From: Planctomycetota bacterium
GTDB taxonomy: Bacteria; Planctomycetota; UBA1135; UBA2386
Reading direction: 5' to 3'
NCBI GenBank assembly: GCA_965228735.1
Contig: OZ245838.1
Coordinates: 7,008,001-7,072,000 of the forward strand
DNA length: 64,000 bases
In this document: one piece after another, positions 39,240 through 47,570 of the stretch
Layout of the letters: the number at the start of each line of letters is the position of its first letter
Numbering within the stretch: position 1 is the stretch's first letter
Position numbers and translations under genes: made by a program
Notes under the pieces: model-generated
What the model was told of the DNA's origin: nothing
Database searches by the model: none
What the model saw: the letters and a program-made list of their open reading frames with translations, nothing else

Positions 39240-40064
39240 ATGTGCCGTTCTCGACTCCTCGTCCTGGCCGCTTCCTTGGCGGCCATCCCGTTGGCTGGCT
39301 GCGCGTCCGGACCGGTCGTGCCCAAGCCGCCGTCGGTCCGCGCGCAGCTGCGGTCCAAGGTGATCACGCCGGAGTACATCGACTTCGTCGGCACGGTCGT
39401 GATCGAGAACCGCATGCGCGCCGACCTCGACATGCAACAGGTCGACTACGGTGCCGAGCTGCACGACGCCCCGCTGTGGGAGAAGTCGTTCGATGGCCTG
39501 CACCGGATGCGCCCCTGGGGCACGCAGACGGTCACGTTGCCGTTCCGCGTGCCTATGCAGGACATCAGCAGCCAGGTCGAGGACGTGCTCGCGGAAGAAT
39601 CCGTGCGAGTGCGCCTGACCGGCACCGTCGTGCCGGTCGGCTGGCAGCCGATCGCGTTCGCCGCGACCAAGGTCATCCCCGTGCCGCGGCCACCGAAGAT
39701 CGCGTTCGCCGGCACCGAGGGCGACCCGCTCGACGGCGAGTTCACGGTCTTCCTCGACGTGCAGAACGAGAACGAGTTTCCGATCTCGTGCGGCGCGATG
39801 CAGACCTGGTTGAAGCTCAACGGCAAGCGCTACGACCTCCTGCGCACCGAGGAGTTCAGCGAACTCGGCACGGGCGAACGCGGCCGCGTGGCCCTGACGA
39901 TGCGGCGCACGCGTGGCAAGGGCATCAGCATGATCGTCAACGTGCTGAAGAACCGCGCCGTCGACCTTCGCCTCGGCGGCGCGATGTCGTTCCGGTCGCC
40001 ACACGGTCTCTTCCACCTGCCCGTGGAGGTCGGCCCCGACGGCTTCGCGTCGCCGCCGCGATAG
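39240..40064 (+). CDS. Lipoprotein with tandem LEA type 2 (WHy) domains
   Basis: Lipobox LAGC; two beta-sandwich units with IENR and VQNENEFPI motifs. Confidence 0.7.
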   Translation: MCRSRLLVLAASLAAIPLAGCASGPVVPKPPSVRAQLRSKVITPEYIDFVGTVVIENRMRADLDMQQVDYGAELHDAPLWEKSFDGLHRMRPWGTQTVTLPFRVPMQDISSQVEDVLAEESVRVRLTGTVVPVGWQPIAFAATKVIPVPRPPKIAFAGTEGDPLDGEFTVFLDVQNENEFPISCGAMQTWLKLNGKRYDLLRTEEFSELGTGERGRVALTMRRTRGKGISMIVNVLKNRAVDLRLGGAMSFRSPHGLFHLPVEVGPDGFASPPR

Positions 40065-40116
40065 CGCGCGCCGGCTCTGGCCGTGCAGCCCGGGCGACGC
40101 GGGCTACCATCGTGAC

Positions 40117-40887
40117 ATGGTGCTCGACTGGCTGCTCGCTCCGCTCCGCCACCGGCGCCGGCGCGCGCTGCTCGAGGAGCCGTTCCCGGCCGAGTGGGAG
40201 TCCGTGCTGCAGGGGCTGCCGTTCTTCCGGGCCCTCGACGAACGCGGCCAGCAGCGCGTGCGCGACGACCTGCGCGTCATCATCGCAGAGAAGGAGTGGG
40301 AGGGCTGCGGCGGGCTCGAGCTCACGGACACGATCCGGGTGACGATTGCCGCGCAGGCGAGCCTGCTGCTGCTCAACATCGAGCACGAGTACTACGCGAC
40401 GGTCGCTCGCATCCTCGTCTATCCGAGCGCGTACCGGACTGCGCCGAGCACCGACGCGTTGGGCATCGTGCACGAGGGGCAGGTCAACCTCGGCGAGGCG
40501 TGGCGCCGCGGGCCCGTCGTGCTGTCGTGGGATGCGGCGCGAGGCGGCGCACTCGACCCGGACGACGGCCACAATCTCGTGCTGCACGAGTTCGCGCACA
40601 AGCTCGACATGCTCGATGGCACCGCGGACGGCACGCCGCCGCTCGCCGGACGCGAGGAGCTGGCCGAATGGGGCGCGACGATGACGCGCGAGTTCGAGGC
40701 GCTGCGCCGCGACGCGGAGACCGGCCGGGTGCGCGTGCTCGATCACTACGGCGCGACCAACCCGGCGGAGTTCTTCGCGGTCGCGACGGAGTGCTTCTTC
40801 GAGAAGGCCGAGGCGCTGCGGTCGGAGCATCCGGCGCTCTACGAGCAGCTGCGCGGCTACTACCAGCAGGATCCGGCCGCGCGCTGA
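40117..40887 (+). CDS. M90 family zinc peptidase (MtfA-like)
   Basis: IAAQA, ILVYPSAY, GEAW..GPVVLSW, HEFAHKLD, YGATNPAEFFAV.TE.FFE. Confidence 0.92.
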   Translation: MVLDWLLAPLRHRRRRALLEEPFPAEWESVLQGLPFFRALDERGQQRVRDDLRVIIAEKEWEGCGGLELTDTIRVTIAAQASLLLLNIEHEYYATVARILVYPSAYRTAPSTDALGIVHEGQVNLGEAWRRGPVVLSWDAARGGALDPDDGHNLVLHEFAHKLDMLDGTADGTPPLAGREELAEWGATMTREFEALRRDAETGRVRVLDHYGATNPAEFFAVATECFFEKAEALRSEHPALYEQLRGYYQQDPAAR

Positions 40888-41076
40888 CGCGGGTTGGCGA
40901 GCGAACCTGCCATGGGGTCGGGCCGGCGGCCGAACGTCGCAAGGCTCGGAACGGCGGCGCCGGGATGCGGCTCGCCGTAGGCCGAAGGTGCCGGCTCCGG
41001 GATCCGGCCGGACCCGCGCAGGCCCACGTCGACGCCGGTTCCCGCTGCCGCTCCGGCGAGGTACCCTGTTTTCGTC

Positions 41077-43086
41077 ATGCCTCGGCTCCCGCTTCCCATC
41101 GCCCTCGGTCTCGCTCTCTCCTGCATCGGATCGGTCAGTGCCGCCCTGGCCCAGTCGCCGATCGCGATGCCCGGGTTCACGTCGACCTACGTCGGCAACG
41201 CGACGCGCGGGTTCTACTTCACGTGTCCCGTCGACTGCGTGATCACCGGACTGCAGGCGCCCAACGAAGCGTCGCAGCCAGCACAGGTCGTCGAGGTGCT
41301 CGATCTCGGAACGACCGCTCCCGCCGCGTTCCCGGCGACGACGGCCCCGGTTGGGCAGCTGTTCTACGACAACGCGGTGCCGGCCGGCACCCGGGTCAGC
41401 ACGAGCGTCGCTCTGCAGGCCGGTCGGGTCTACGGCATCTTCGGTTGCGCGACCGCGAGTGCGGGCAGCGCGCAGACGTTCTCGTCCTACGGCAACGGCG
41501 AGTTCTCGACGACGATCCAGGGCAACGCCGTCGTGCTGCGGCGGCTCGTGACGCAGAGCGGCATCGCGAGCAACGGCGGCAACCAGCCGTGTTCGGCGTC
41601 GACGGGTTCGATCGGGCGCGTGCTCGTCGACATCGAGCCGGCGGCCGGGCTCTACCCGAGCTTCGAACTCGACGTTGCCACGGGCCCGTCGCCGCTCACG
41701 GTGCAGTTCACCGACACGAGCACGACGAACGATCCGGGCGGTGTCACGAGCTGGGCCTGGGACTTCGACAACGACGGCACGATCGACTCGACCGCGCAGA
41801 ACCCGAGCTACCAGTTCATGACGTGCGGCGACTTCGACGTCAGCCTCACCGTCTCCGACGCGACCAACCCGCCGGCGACCGAGCTGCGGTCGGCAGCGGT
41901 GCGCACCGATCTGCTCGATCCGGGATTCCAGGTCGCGCTGCTGAGCCCGCCGAACGTCTGGCAGTTCACCGACACCTCGAGTCCGACGCCGACCGCCTGG
42001 GCGTGGGACTTCGACCACGATGGCACCGTCGACTCGACGCTGCAGAACCCGACGTTCCCGTCGGTGGGGCCGTGCCTCGACACGACGGTCCGCCTGACCG
42101 TGACCCGTGACTGTCGGACCGAGGCCACGGTGCGGCCCGTGTTCCGCGCGGCGGAGTCGTTCTTCGGTCCGACCGCCGGTGGCAACGGCACCACGAGCCT
42201 GACCGCGGCCGGCAACTACTTCGACATCGAGGTGACCAACCCCGGCGGCATCCGTGTCTGCGGCCTGGCCGTCGCGCCGCACACAGTCGCCGGGCCGCTC
42301 GACCTGACGATCTACGTGACGGAGGACACGTTCGTCGGCAAGGCCGGCAACGCCGGCTTCTGGCGCCTCGCCAGCACCGGCACCGGCGTGTCCGCGGGTG
42401 GCACGTTCCTCGCCCCGATCCTCAGCGACGTCGCACTCGACACCCCGTTCCTGTTGCCGGCGGGGAACTACGGCATCGCGGTCTTCCTGAGTTCGCCGAG
42501 CGGCATGGGCATCGCCTACACCAATGGCCCGGGCGGCCCGTTCGTCGGCGCCGACCTCGTCATGCACCCGAGCGGGGAAGGCGCCGCGAGCACGACCGAA
42601 CTCGGCAACGTGGTGTTCGAGCCGCGCCTCTTCAACGGCGGGTTCTACTACGCGCGCTGCAGCGTCGACGGTGAGGCCGCCCGCGGCTTCTACGGCACCG
42701 GCTGCCCCGGCGCGCTCGGCGTCCCGCAGCTCGACCCCGGCGTGACCGAGCCGGCGCTCGGCACGACCTACCAGCTCGACGTCACCAACGTCCCGAACGG
42801 CCTCGCCCTGATGTTCACAGGCCTCAGCAAGACGACCTCGATCTTCGGCCCACTCCCGCTCGACGGCGCCGCCTTCGGCGCCCCGGGCTGCCAGATGCGA
42901 GCCAGCTCCGACGTCGTCGAGTTCCTCCTGACAGCGACCAACACGGCCACCTGGACCCTCCCGGTCCCGAACGACCCCACGTTCCTCTGCCTGCCCATCT
43001 TCAACCAGGCTGCCGTCCTGTCGAACGGAACGAACGCCCTCGGCTTCGTCCTCTCGGACGCCTGGGCTGCACAACTGGGCAACTAG
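41077..43086 (+). CDS. Secreted protein with two PKD domains and a YGxGC-initiated C-terminal domain
   Basis: Signal peptide (ALA-Q); two FTDTS...WAWDFD.DGT.DST.QNP PKD motifs; C-terminus FYGTGCPG...GAPGC...NQAAVL...GN. Confidence 0.8.
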   Translation: MPRLPLPIALGLALSCIGSVSAALAQSPIAMPGFTSTYVGNATRGFYFTCPVDCVITGLQAPNEASQPAQVVEVLDLGTTAPAAFPATTAPVGQLFYDNAVPAGTRVSTSVALQAGRVYGIFGCATASAGSAQTFSSYGNGEFSTTIQGNAVVLRRLVTQSGIASNGGNQPCSASTGSIGRVLVDIEPAAGLYPSFELDVATGPSPLTVQFTDTSTTNDPGGVTSWAWDFDNDGTIDSTAQNPSYQFMTCGDFDVSLTVSDATNPPATELRSAAVRTDLLDPGFQVALLSPPNVWQFTDTSSPTPTAWAWDFDHDGTVDSTLQNPTFPSVGPCLDTTVRLTVTRDCRTEATVRPVFRAAESFFGPTAGGNGTTSLTAAGNYFDIEVTNPGGIRVCGLAVAPHTVAGPLDLTIYVTEDTFVGKAGNAGFWRLASTGTGVSAGGTFLAPILSDVALDTPFLLPAGNYGIAVFLSSPSGMGIAYTNGPGGPFVGADLVMHPSGEGAASTTELGNVVFEPRLFNGGFYYARCSVDGEAARGFYGTGCPGALGVPQLDPGVTEPALGTTYQLDVTNVPNGLALMFTGLSKTTSIFGPLPLDGAAFGAPGCQMRASSDVVEFLLTATNTATWTLPVPNDPTFLCLPIFNQAAVLSNGTNALGFVLSDAWAAQLGN

Positions 43087-43087
43087 C

Positions 43088-43583
43088 GCAACTGGACCAC
43101 GCCGCACGCCTGCGGCGCGGAGAACCGGTATCGCGGCACAAGCGGACTCTCGGCCTTCGGCCGAGTCGTCCTTGAGGATGTGAACGTACCGAACCCGATC
43201 TCTTGGTCTCGCTATGCGAACGGCGGGAGCGGCCGAGGTGAAGGTGTTCGCGTGAGGATGGCGTTACCGAACCCGTTTCAAATCCGCCACCGCCGACGTG
43301 GCTGTGTCCGTGTGCGGCGGCGGGCTGTGTCGAGGAGCGGCGTGGCGGATTCGAAACGGGTTCGGTAACGCCACGAGGGCCGGTGCACCACTCTCAGATG
43401 CGAAGTGGACGAGCGGCCGAAGGCCGCAAGTCCACCTGTGCCGCGATACCGGTTCTCCGCGCCGCAGGCGTGCGCTGGCAAGGAGGGCAAGCGAGCCGCG
43501 CGGAGGCGGCCTCCTGGCCGCTGAGCACGAGCGAGCGCCGGCCCGACGCAGTCCAGCGTGCGTCTGCGGCGTGGTCCAGTTGC
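43088..43583. repeat. Nested inverted-repeat element (REP/REPIN- or MITE-like, non-autonomous)
   Basis: Perfect 19-bp IR 43088-43106/43565-43583; perfect 37-bp IR 43104-43140/43437-43473; 32-bp IR with one mismatch 43259-43290/43342-43373. Confidence 0.85.
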
Positions 43584-43584
43584 C

Positions 43585-44694
43585 TTAAAGGTCTTCGAGG
43601 AAGACCAGCAGCGCGTCCACGTCCTGCGGGGACAGGGCCTGGAACGCGGCGGTGACGGCAGCGGCTTCGCCGTCGTGGGCCTTGATCGCGTCGACGATGG
43701 TCTCGGCGCGGCCGTCGTGCATGTACGGAGCGGTGTCGCGGATGCCCCAGAGCGGTGGGGTGCGGTAGAAGCCCACGTCGGCGCCCGGCTCGGCCATGCC
43801 GCGGAAGCCGGCGGGCATGACGTTGTGGAGCAGGAGGTTCGAGTAGAGCGGGACCGGGCCGGCGCTGCCTTGCAGGGTCGGGATGTGGCAGACGGCGCAG
43901 CCGACGGTGTTGAACAGCTGTTCGCCGGTGGCGAGGCGCGGGTCGGTCGAGCCGCCGCGTGCGGGTGCCGGCAGCGATGCAATGAACGCCGTGAGGTCGT
44001 CGATGGCGGTCTGGTCGAGCTCCGGGTCGGGAACGCCGTCGCTGTCGCTCGGGACCGCGAAGCCGCGGCCGACGCTCGCCGTCGTGATCCCCATCTCCTG
44101 GCCCATCGCGTCGCGCACGAAGTCCTCGATCGTCGGGACCTGGGCCTTCCAGCCGAGGCGTCCGATCTCGATGCTGCCGCCGATCGTCAGCCGGCGCGCG
44201 ACGCCGAAGATGCCGTCGTTGTTGGCGTCGGTCGGGTCCTCGTTGGCCGTGATGATCGGGCCGGAGATCGTGTCGATCAGGCCGAGGCCGAACAGGGTCG
44301 GCGTCTGACGCTGCTCGAAGACGTCGGCTTGCAGGCCAGCCGTCGGATGTTCTTCGCGGCCGGCGGCGTCCGGGGACCGCAGCTTGCTGAGGATCTGGCC
44401 ACCCGGCAGGTTCTGGAACGGGCCGGCGCCGCCGTTGTCGTTGGCGAAGCGCGTGACGTTGAGCTCGAGCCCGCCGGCTCCCCCGAGTCCGGGGTCCTGA
44501 TGGCAGGCGCGGCAGCTGTCGGCGTTGATGTCCGGGGTGCCGAGGCCGTCCGCGACGTGGAAGTTCCGGTCGAACAGTTCGCGGCCGTTCGCGATGTTGC
44601 CGCCCGGGCCCTGGAAGAACGCCAACGCACCGACGGTGAGGGCAGTGCCGACCCCGAGGGCGAGGGTGTGGCGATGAGTGAGGGACTCGAACAT
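43585..44694 (-). CDS. Di-heme oxidoreductase (DHOR/DUF1111-like), secreted, copy 2
   Basis: CRACH and CAVCH heme motifs, LFGLGLI, DPTDANNDGI, GRLGWKA, YRTPPLWG, YMHDGRA. Confidence 0.85.
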   Translation of the reverse strand: MFESLTHRHTLALGVGTALTVGALAFFQGPGGNIANGRELFDRNFHVADGLGTPDINADSCRACHQDPGLGGAGGLELNVTRFANDNGGAGPFQNLPGGQILSKLRSPDAAGREEHPTAGLQADVFEQRQTPTLFGLGLIDTISGPIITANEDPTDANNDGIFGVARRLTIGGSIEIGRLGWKAQVPTIEDFVRDAMGQEMGITTASVGRGFAVPSDSDGVPDPELDQTAIDDLTAFIASLPAPARGGSTDPRLATGEQLFNTVGCAVCHIPTLQGSAGPVPLYSNLLLHNVMPAGFRGMAEPGADVGFYRTPPLWGIRDTAPYMHDGRAETIVDAIKAHDGEAAAVTAAFQALSPQDVDALLVFLEDL

Positions 44695-44699
44695 TGCGA

Positions 44700-46010
44700 T
44701 CACAGATGCTTGAGGAAGGTCAGGACGTCGTCGCGCTCGGCCTGCGTGAGACCGAGGTAGTCCTCGGTGCTGGCGCTGGCCTCGCCGCCGTGCATGCGGA
44801 TCGCGTCGTCGATCGTCGCGGCCCGGCCGTCGTGGAGGTAGGGCGGGAAGAGGGACACGCCCCACAGCGGCTGCGTGCGCCACTCCTGGCCATTGGCGAG
44901 TGGGCTCGACGGCGAGGCCTGCGGCGAGCCGAAGTTGATCCCGTCGGCGAGTGCCGGCCCCATGTCATGGATCAGGAGATCGGTGTAGGCCCGCACCGGA
45001 CCGCGCGACGACGGCAGCTCGGGAATGTGACACTTCGCGCAGCCGATCTGGTCGAACAGCGCTTCGCCGCGCAGCGCCGCTTCGTCGAACGGCAGCGGTT
45101 CGGGCGGCGCGAGAAAGCGGGTGAACGCGATCAGGTCACCGAGGTCGTTGTGCGCAAGCTCGGGATCGGGCACGCCGTCGTTGTCCGTCGTCGGATCGTT
45201 CGGGTTGCCCGACGCCTGCGGCGCCATGCCCGGCGCGAGCGACACGGTGCCCGCCGAACCGAGGAATGGGTTGGTCGTGATCCCCATCTGGTTGAACAGC
45301 GGGGCGCGCGTGAAGATCTCGACGTTGTTCGACTGCGCCTTCGTGCCGAACCGACCGATGCCGGACGGGTCGGTGTTGTAGCGCCCACTGATCCCGTCGT
45401 TGTCGGCGTCGTCGGGGTCCGCGTTGCCCAGGATGGTCGTGTTCGAGACGAACTCGAACAGGCCCGTGCCGAAGATCGGGATCGAGTTCCGTTGCGCCGA
45501 TACCACGGGGTAGAACGGGTGGGACATCGGCGTGCGCGGCGCATCGAGTTCGTGCGCGGTCGAGAACACGCGCCCGAAAGCCGGAACGACGACGCTCGGC
45601 AGACCCGACAGGTTGAACTGGAACGCCGGGCCGAGGCCCGGGTCGACCTGCGCGACGTAGAAGTTCCGGTAGAGCCCCGCGCCGCCGCCCGGTTCGGGGG
45701 TGCTGTGGCACGAGGCACACGACGTCGCGTTGTAGAGCGGGCCGACCCCTTCGCTCGGCGTGAAGCGCTTGCTGAAGAGGACGCGACCGCGTTCGAACGC
45801 GGCGAGTTCCGTCGGGGTCAGGCCGGGCAGCGGGTCACCGAGCGCGGTCCGCGTCGGCGTCGGTTCGGGGTCCGGGCCAGGGTTGATCGGCGGCTCGCTG
45901 CCACCGCTCGAAGTGTGGCGGCACGCGGTCAGGGCGAGCGCCGTGCTCGCGGCGAGAAGCAGCGCGGTGCGACGGGTTTGGGTGGGCACTGGAGTCGTTG
46001 GATCGGGCAA
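44700..46010 (-). CDS. Di-heme oxidoreductase (DHOR/DUF1111-like) lipoprotein, copy 1
   Basis: Lipobox LTAC; GVGPLYNATSCASCH, DPDDADNDGISGR, CAKCH, YTDLLIHDMG, WRTQPLWG, YLHDGRA. Confidence 0.87.
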   Translation of the reverse strand: MPDPTTPVPTQTRRTALLLAASTALALTACRHTSSGGSEPPINPGPDPEPTPTRTALGDPLPGLTPTELAAFERGRVLFSKRFTPSEGVGPLYNATSCASCHSTPEPGGGAGLYRNFYVAQVDPGLGPAFQFNLSGLPSVVVPAFGRVFSTAHELDAPRTPMSHPFYPVVSAQRNSIPIFGTGLFEFVSNTTILGNADPDDADNDGISGRYNTDPSGIGRFGTKAQSNNVEIFTRAPLFNQMGITTNPFLGSAGTVSLAPGMAPQASGNPNDPTTDNDGVPDPELAHNDLGDLIAFTRFLAPPEPLPFDEAALRGEALFDQIGCAKCHIPELPSSRGPVRAYTDLLIHDMGPALADGINFGSPQASPSSPLANGQEWRTQPLWGVSLFPPYLHDGRAATIDDAIRMHGGEASASTEDYLGLTQAERDDVLTFLKHL

Positions 46011-46247
46011 TGGGAACGCGACTACGGCAACGGTAACACACGACAGCGGCCCGAGTGGAGGGCCGGCCCTCGGCAGTCGCGGAACGGGATACGCAGCGAC
46101 GTGTCAGTCCTAGAGCCGGAACCGGCTGACGTAACGGCCGATACCGGGGCCGGGGCTATGTCGCGTTCCCGCCGCCGGTTCCCGATCGCCGCTGCTGCCA
46201 GTGCGGCAGGCGCTTGCGCCGCTTCGGGCCGGCTGCATGCTGCCGGC

Positions 46248-46889
46248 ATGAACGCGGAACGCGCGGCGCGCCACATCGTCCTGCTCGGGGACTCGATCTT
46301 CGACAACGCCGTCTACGTTCCGGGCGAACCGGCGGTGCCGGACCAGTTGTCGGCGCTGGCGGTCGGTCGCGTGACGCTGGCGGCCCGCGACGGCGACCAG
46401 GTCGCCGGCGTGGCGGACCAACTCGTTGCGGTGCCCGCGGACGCGACCCACCTCGTGGTGAGCGTCGGCGGCAACGACGCGCTCGAGCACGTCGGCCTGC
46501 TGAACCGGCCGGTGAGCGCCTCCCGCGAGGTGTTCGGCGAACTGGCCGCGATTCAGGTCGCGTTCCGCGCGCACTACGAGCGCATGCTCACCGCGGTGCG
46601 GTCGCGCGGCCTGCCCGTGGTCGTCTGCACGATCTACGACTCCAACTACGAAGAGGGCAACAAGGCGTCAGCCGACGCCGCGTTGACGGTCTTCAACGAC
46701 GCGATCGTGCGGTGCGCCGGTGCCGCGGGCGTGCCGGTGATCGACCTGCGTCGCATCTTCACGGCGCCGACCGACTACGCCAACCCGATCGAGCCCTCGG
46801 CGGTCGGTGGCCAGAAGCTCGTCGAGGTGATCGCCCGCGTCTGCGTCGAACACGACTTCGCCGCGTCGCGCGCGACGCTCTACCCGTGA
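46248..46889 (+). CDS. SGNH/GDSL hydrolase family protein
   Basis: HIVLLGDSIFDN, SVGGND; block V reads NPIEPS. Confidence 0.8.
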   Translation: MNAERAARHIVLLGDSIFDNAVYVPGEPAVPDQLSALAVGRVTLAARDGDQVAGVADQLVAVPADATHLVVSVGGNDALEHVGLLNRPVSASREVFGELAAIQVAFRAHYERMLTAVRSRGLPVVVCTIYDSNYEEGNKASADAALTVFNDAIVRCAGAAGVPVIDLRRIFTAPTDYANPIEPSAVGGQKLVEVIARVCVEHDFAASRATLYP

Positions 46890-46929
46890 GCGGCCGGCGG
46901 ATCGCGGCGCGCCGCGTTACGATGGGCGA

Positions 46930-47535
46930 ATGACGGCTCCGAGCGCGCCAGACCAGAACGACCTCGATCCCGTCGAAGCGTGCTGGCGCTCGCTGACCCG
47001 CGGCATCGACATGCCGGCCGGCGAACGCGAGTGGTTCGGCGCGCAGGTCGCGTCGTGCGCGGTGCCGAAGGGCGAGCTGCTGATCGCGGAGGGCGAGCTG
47101 GTCGAGCACGCGTTCTTCCTGCTCGAAGGCATGGTGCGGCACGTCTCGAAGCGCGGTGACCGCCAGGTCACGTTCGGCTTCGACTACGAAGGACGGCTCA
47201 CGTCGGATCTGCTCGGGTTCTTCGGCGGCGAGCGCGCGCGGTCGTCGCTCGAGGCGATCGAGGACGTGACGGCGGTTCGGATCGGCCGCGCGACGCTCGA
47301 GGCCGGGTATGCCCGCGACCCCGTTTGGGAGCACCTCGGACGTCGGCGATTGCAGGAGACCGTCGTGCACCTCGCCGACAAGGAGGACCGCATCCGGACG
47401 CTGACGCCCGAACAGCGCTACCGCGCGCTCGTCGACGCGCGGTCGCCGCTGGCGCTGCGCGTGCCGCAGTACCTGCTCGCGGCCTACCTGGGAATCACGC
47501 CCGAGACGTTGAGCCGGATCCGCGGGCGATCTTGA
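46930..47535 (+). CDS. Crp/Fnr family transcriptional regulator
   Basis: cNMP-like domain KGELLIAEGE..FFLLEG; C-terminal HTH PQYLLAAYLGITPETLSRIR. Confidence 0.9.
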   Translation: MTAPSAPDQNDLDPVEACWRSLTRGIDMPAGEREWFGAQVASCAVPKGELLIAEGELVEHAFFLLEGMVRHVSKRGDRQVTFGFDYEGRLTSDLLGFFGGERARSSLEAIEDVTAVRIGRATLEAGYARDPVWEHLGRRRLQETVVHLADKEDRIRTLTPEQRYRALVDARSPLALRVPQYLLAAYLGITPETLSRIRGRS

Positions 47536-47545
47536 TCCGGATCAA
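47532..47545. promoter_or_regulatory. FNR-type binding palindrome TTGAT-CCGG-ATCAA
   Basis: Exact match to TTGAT-N4-ATCAA, overlapping the Crp/Fnr stop codon and 12 nt upstream of a TAGCGT -10-like hexamer. Confidence 0.75.
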
Positions 47546-47570
47546 CGCGGCGCGGACTAGCGTGCGGGCG

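Noticed and set aside
43088..43583. Retron msr-msd or CRISPR interpretation of the nested repeats
   Set aside because: No reverse transcriptase or cas gene nearby, and the repeats are inverted rather than regularly spaced direct repeats with unique spacers.
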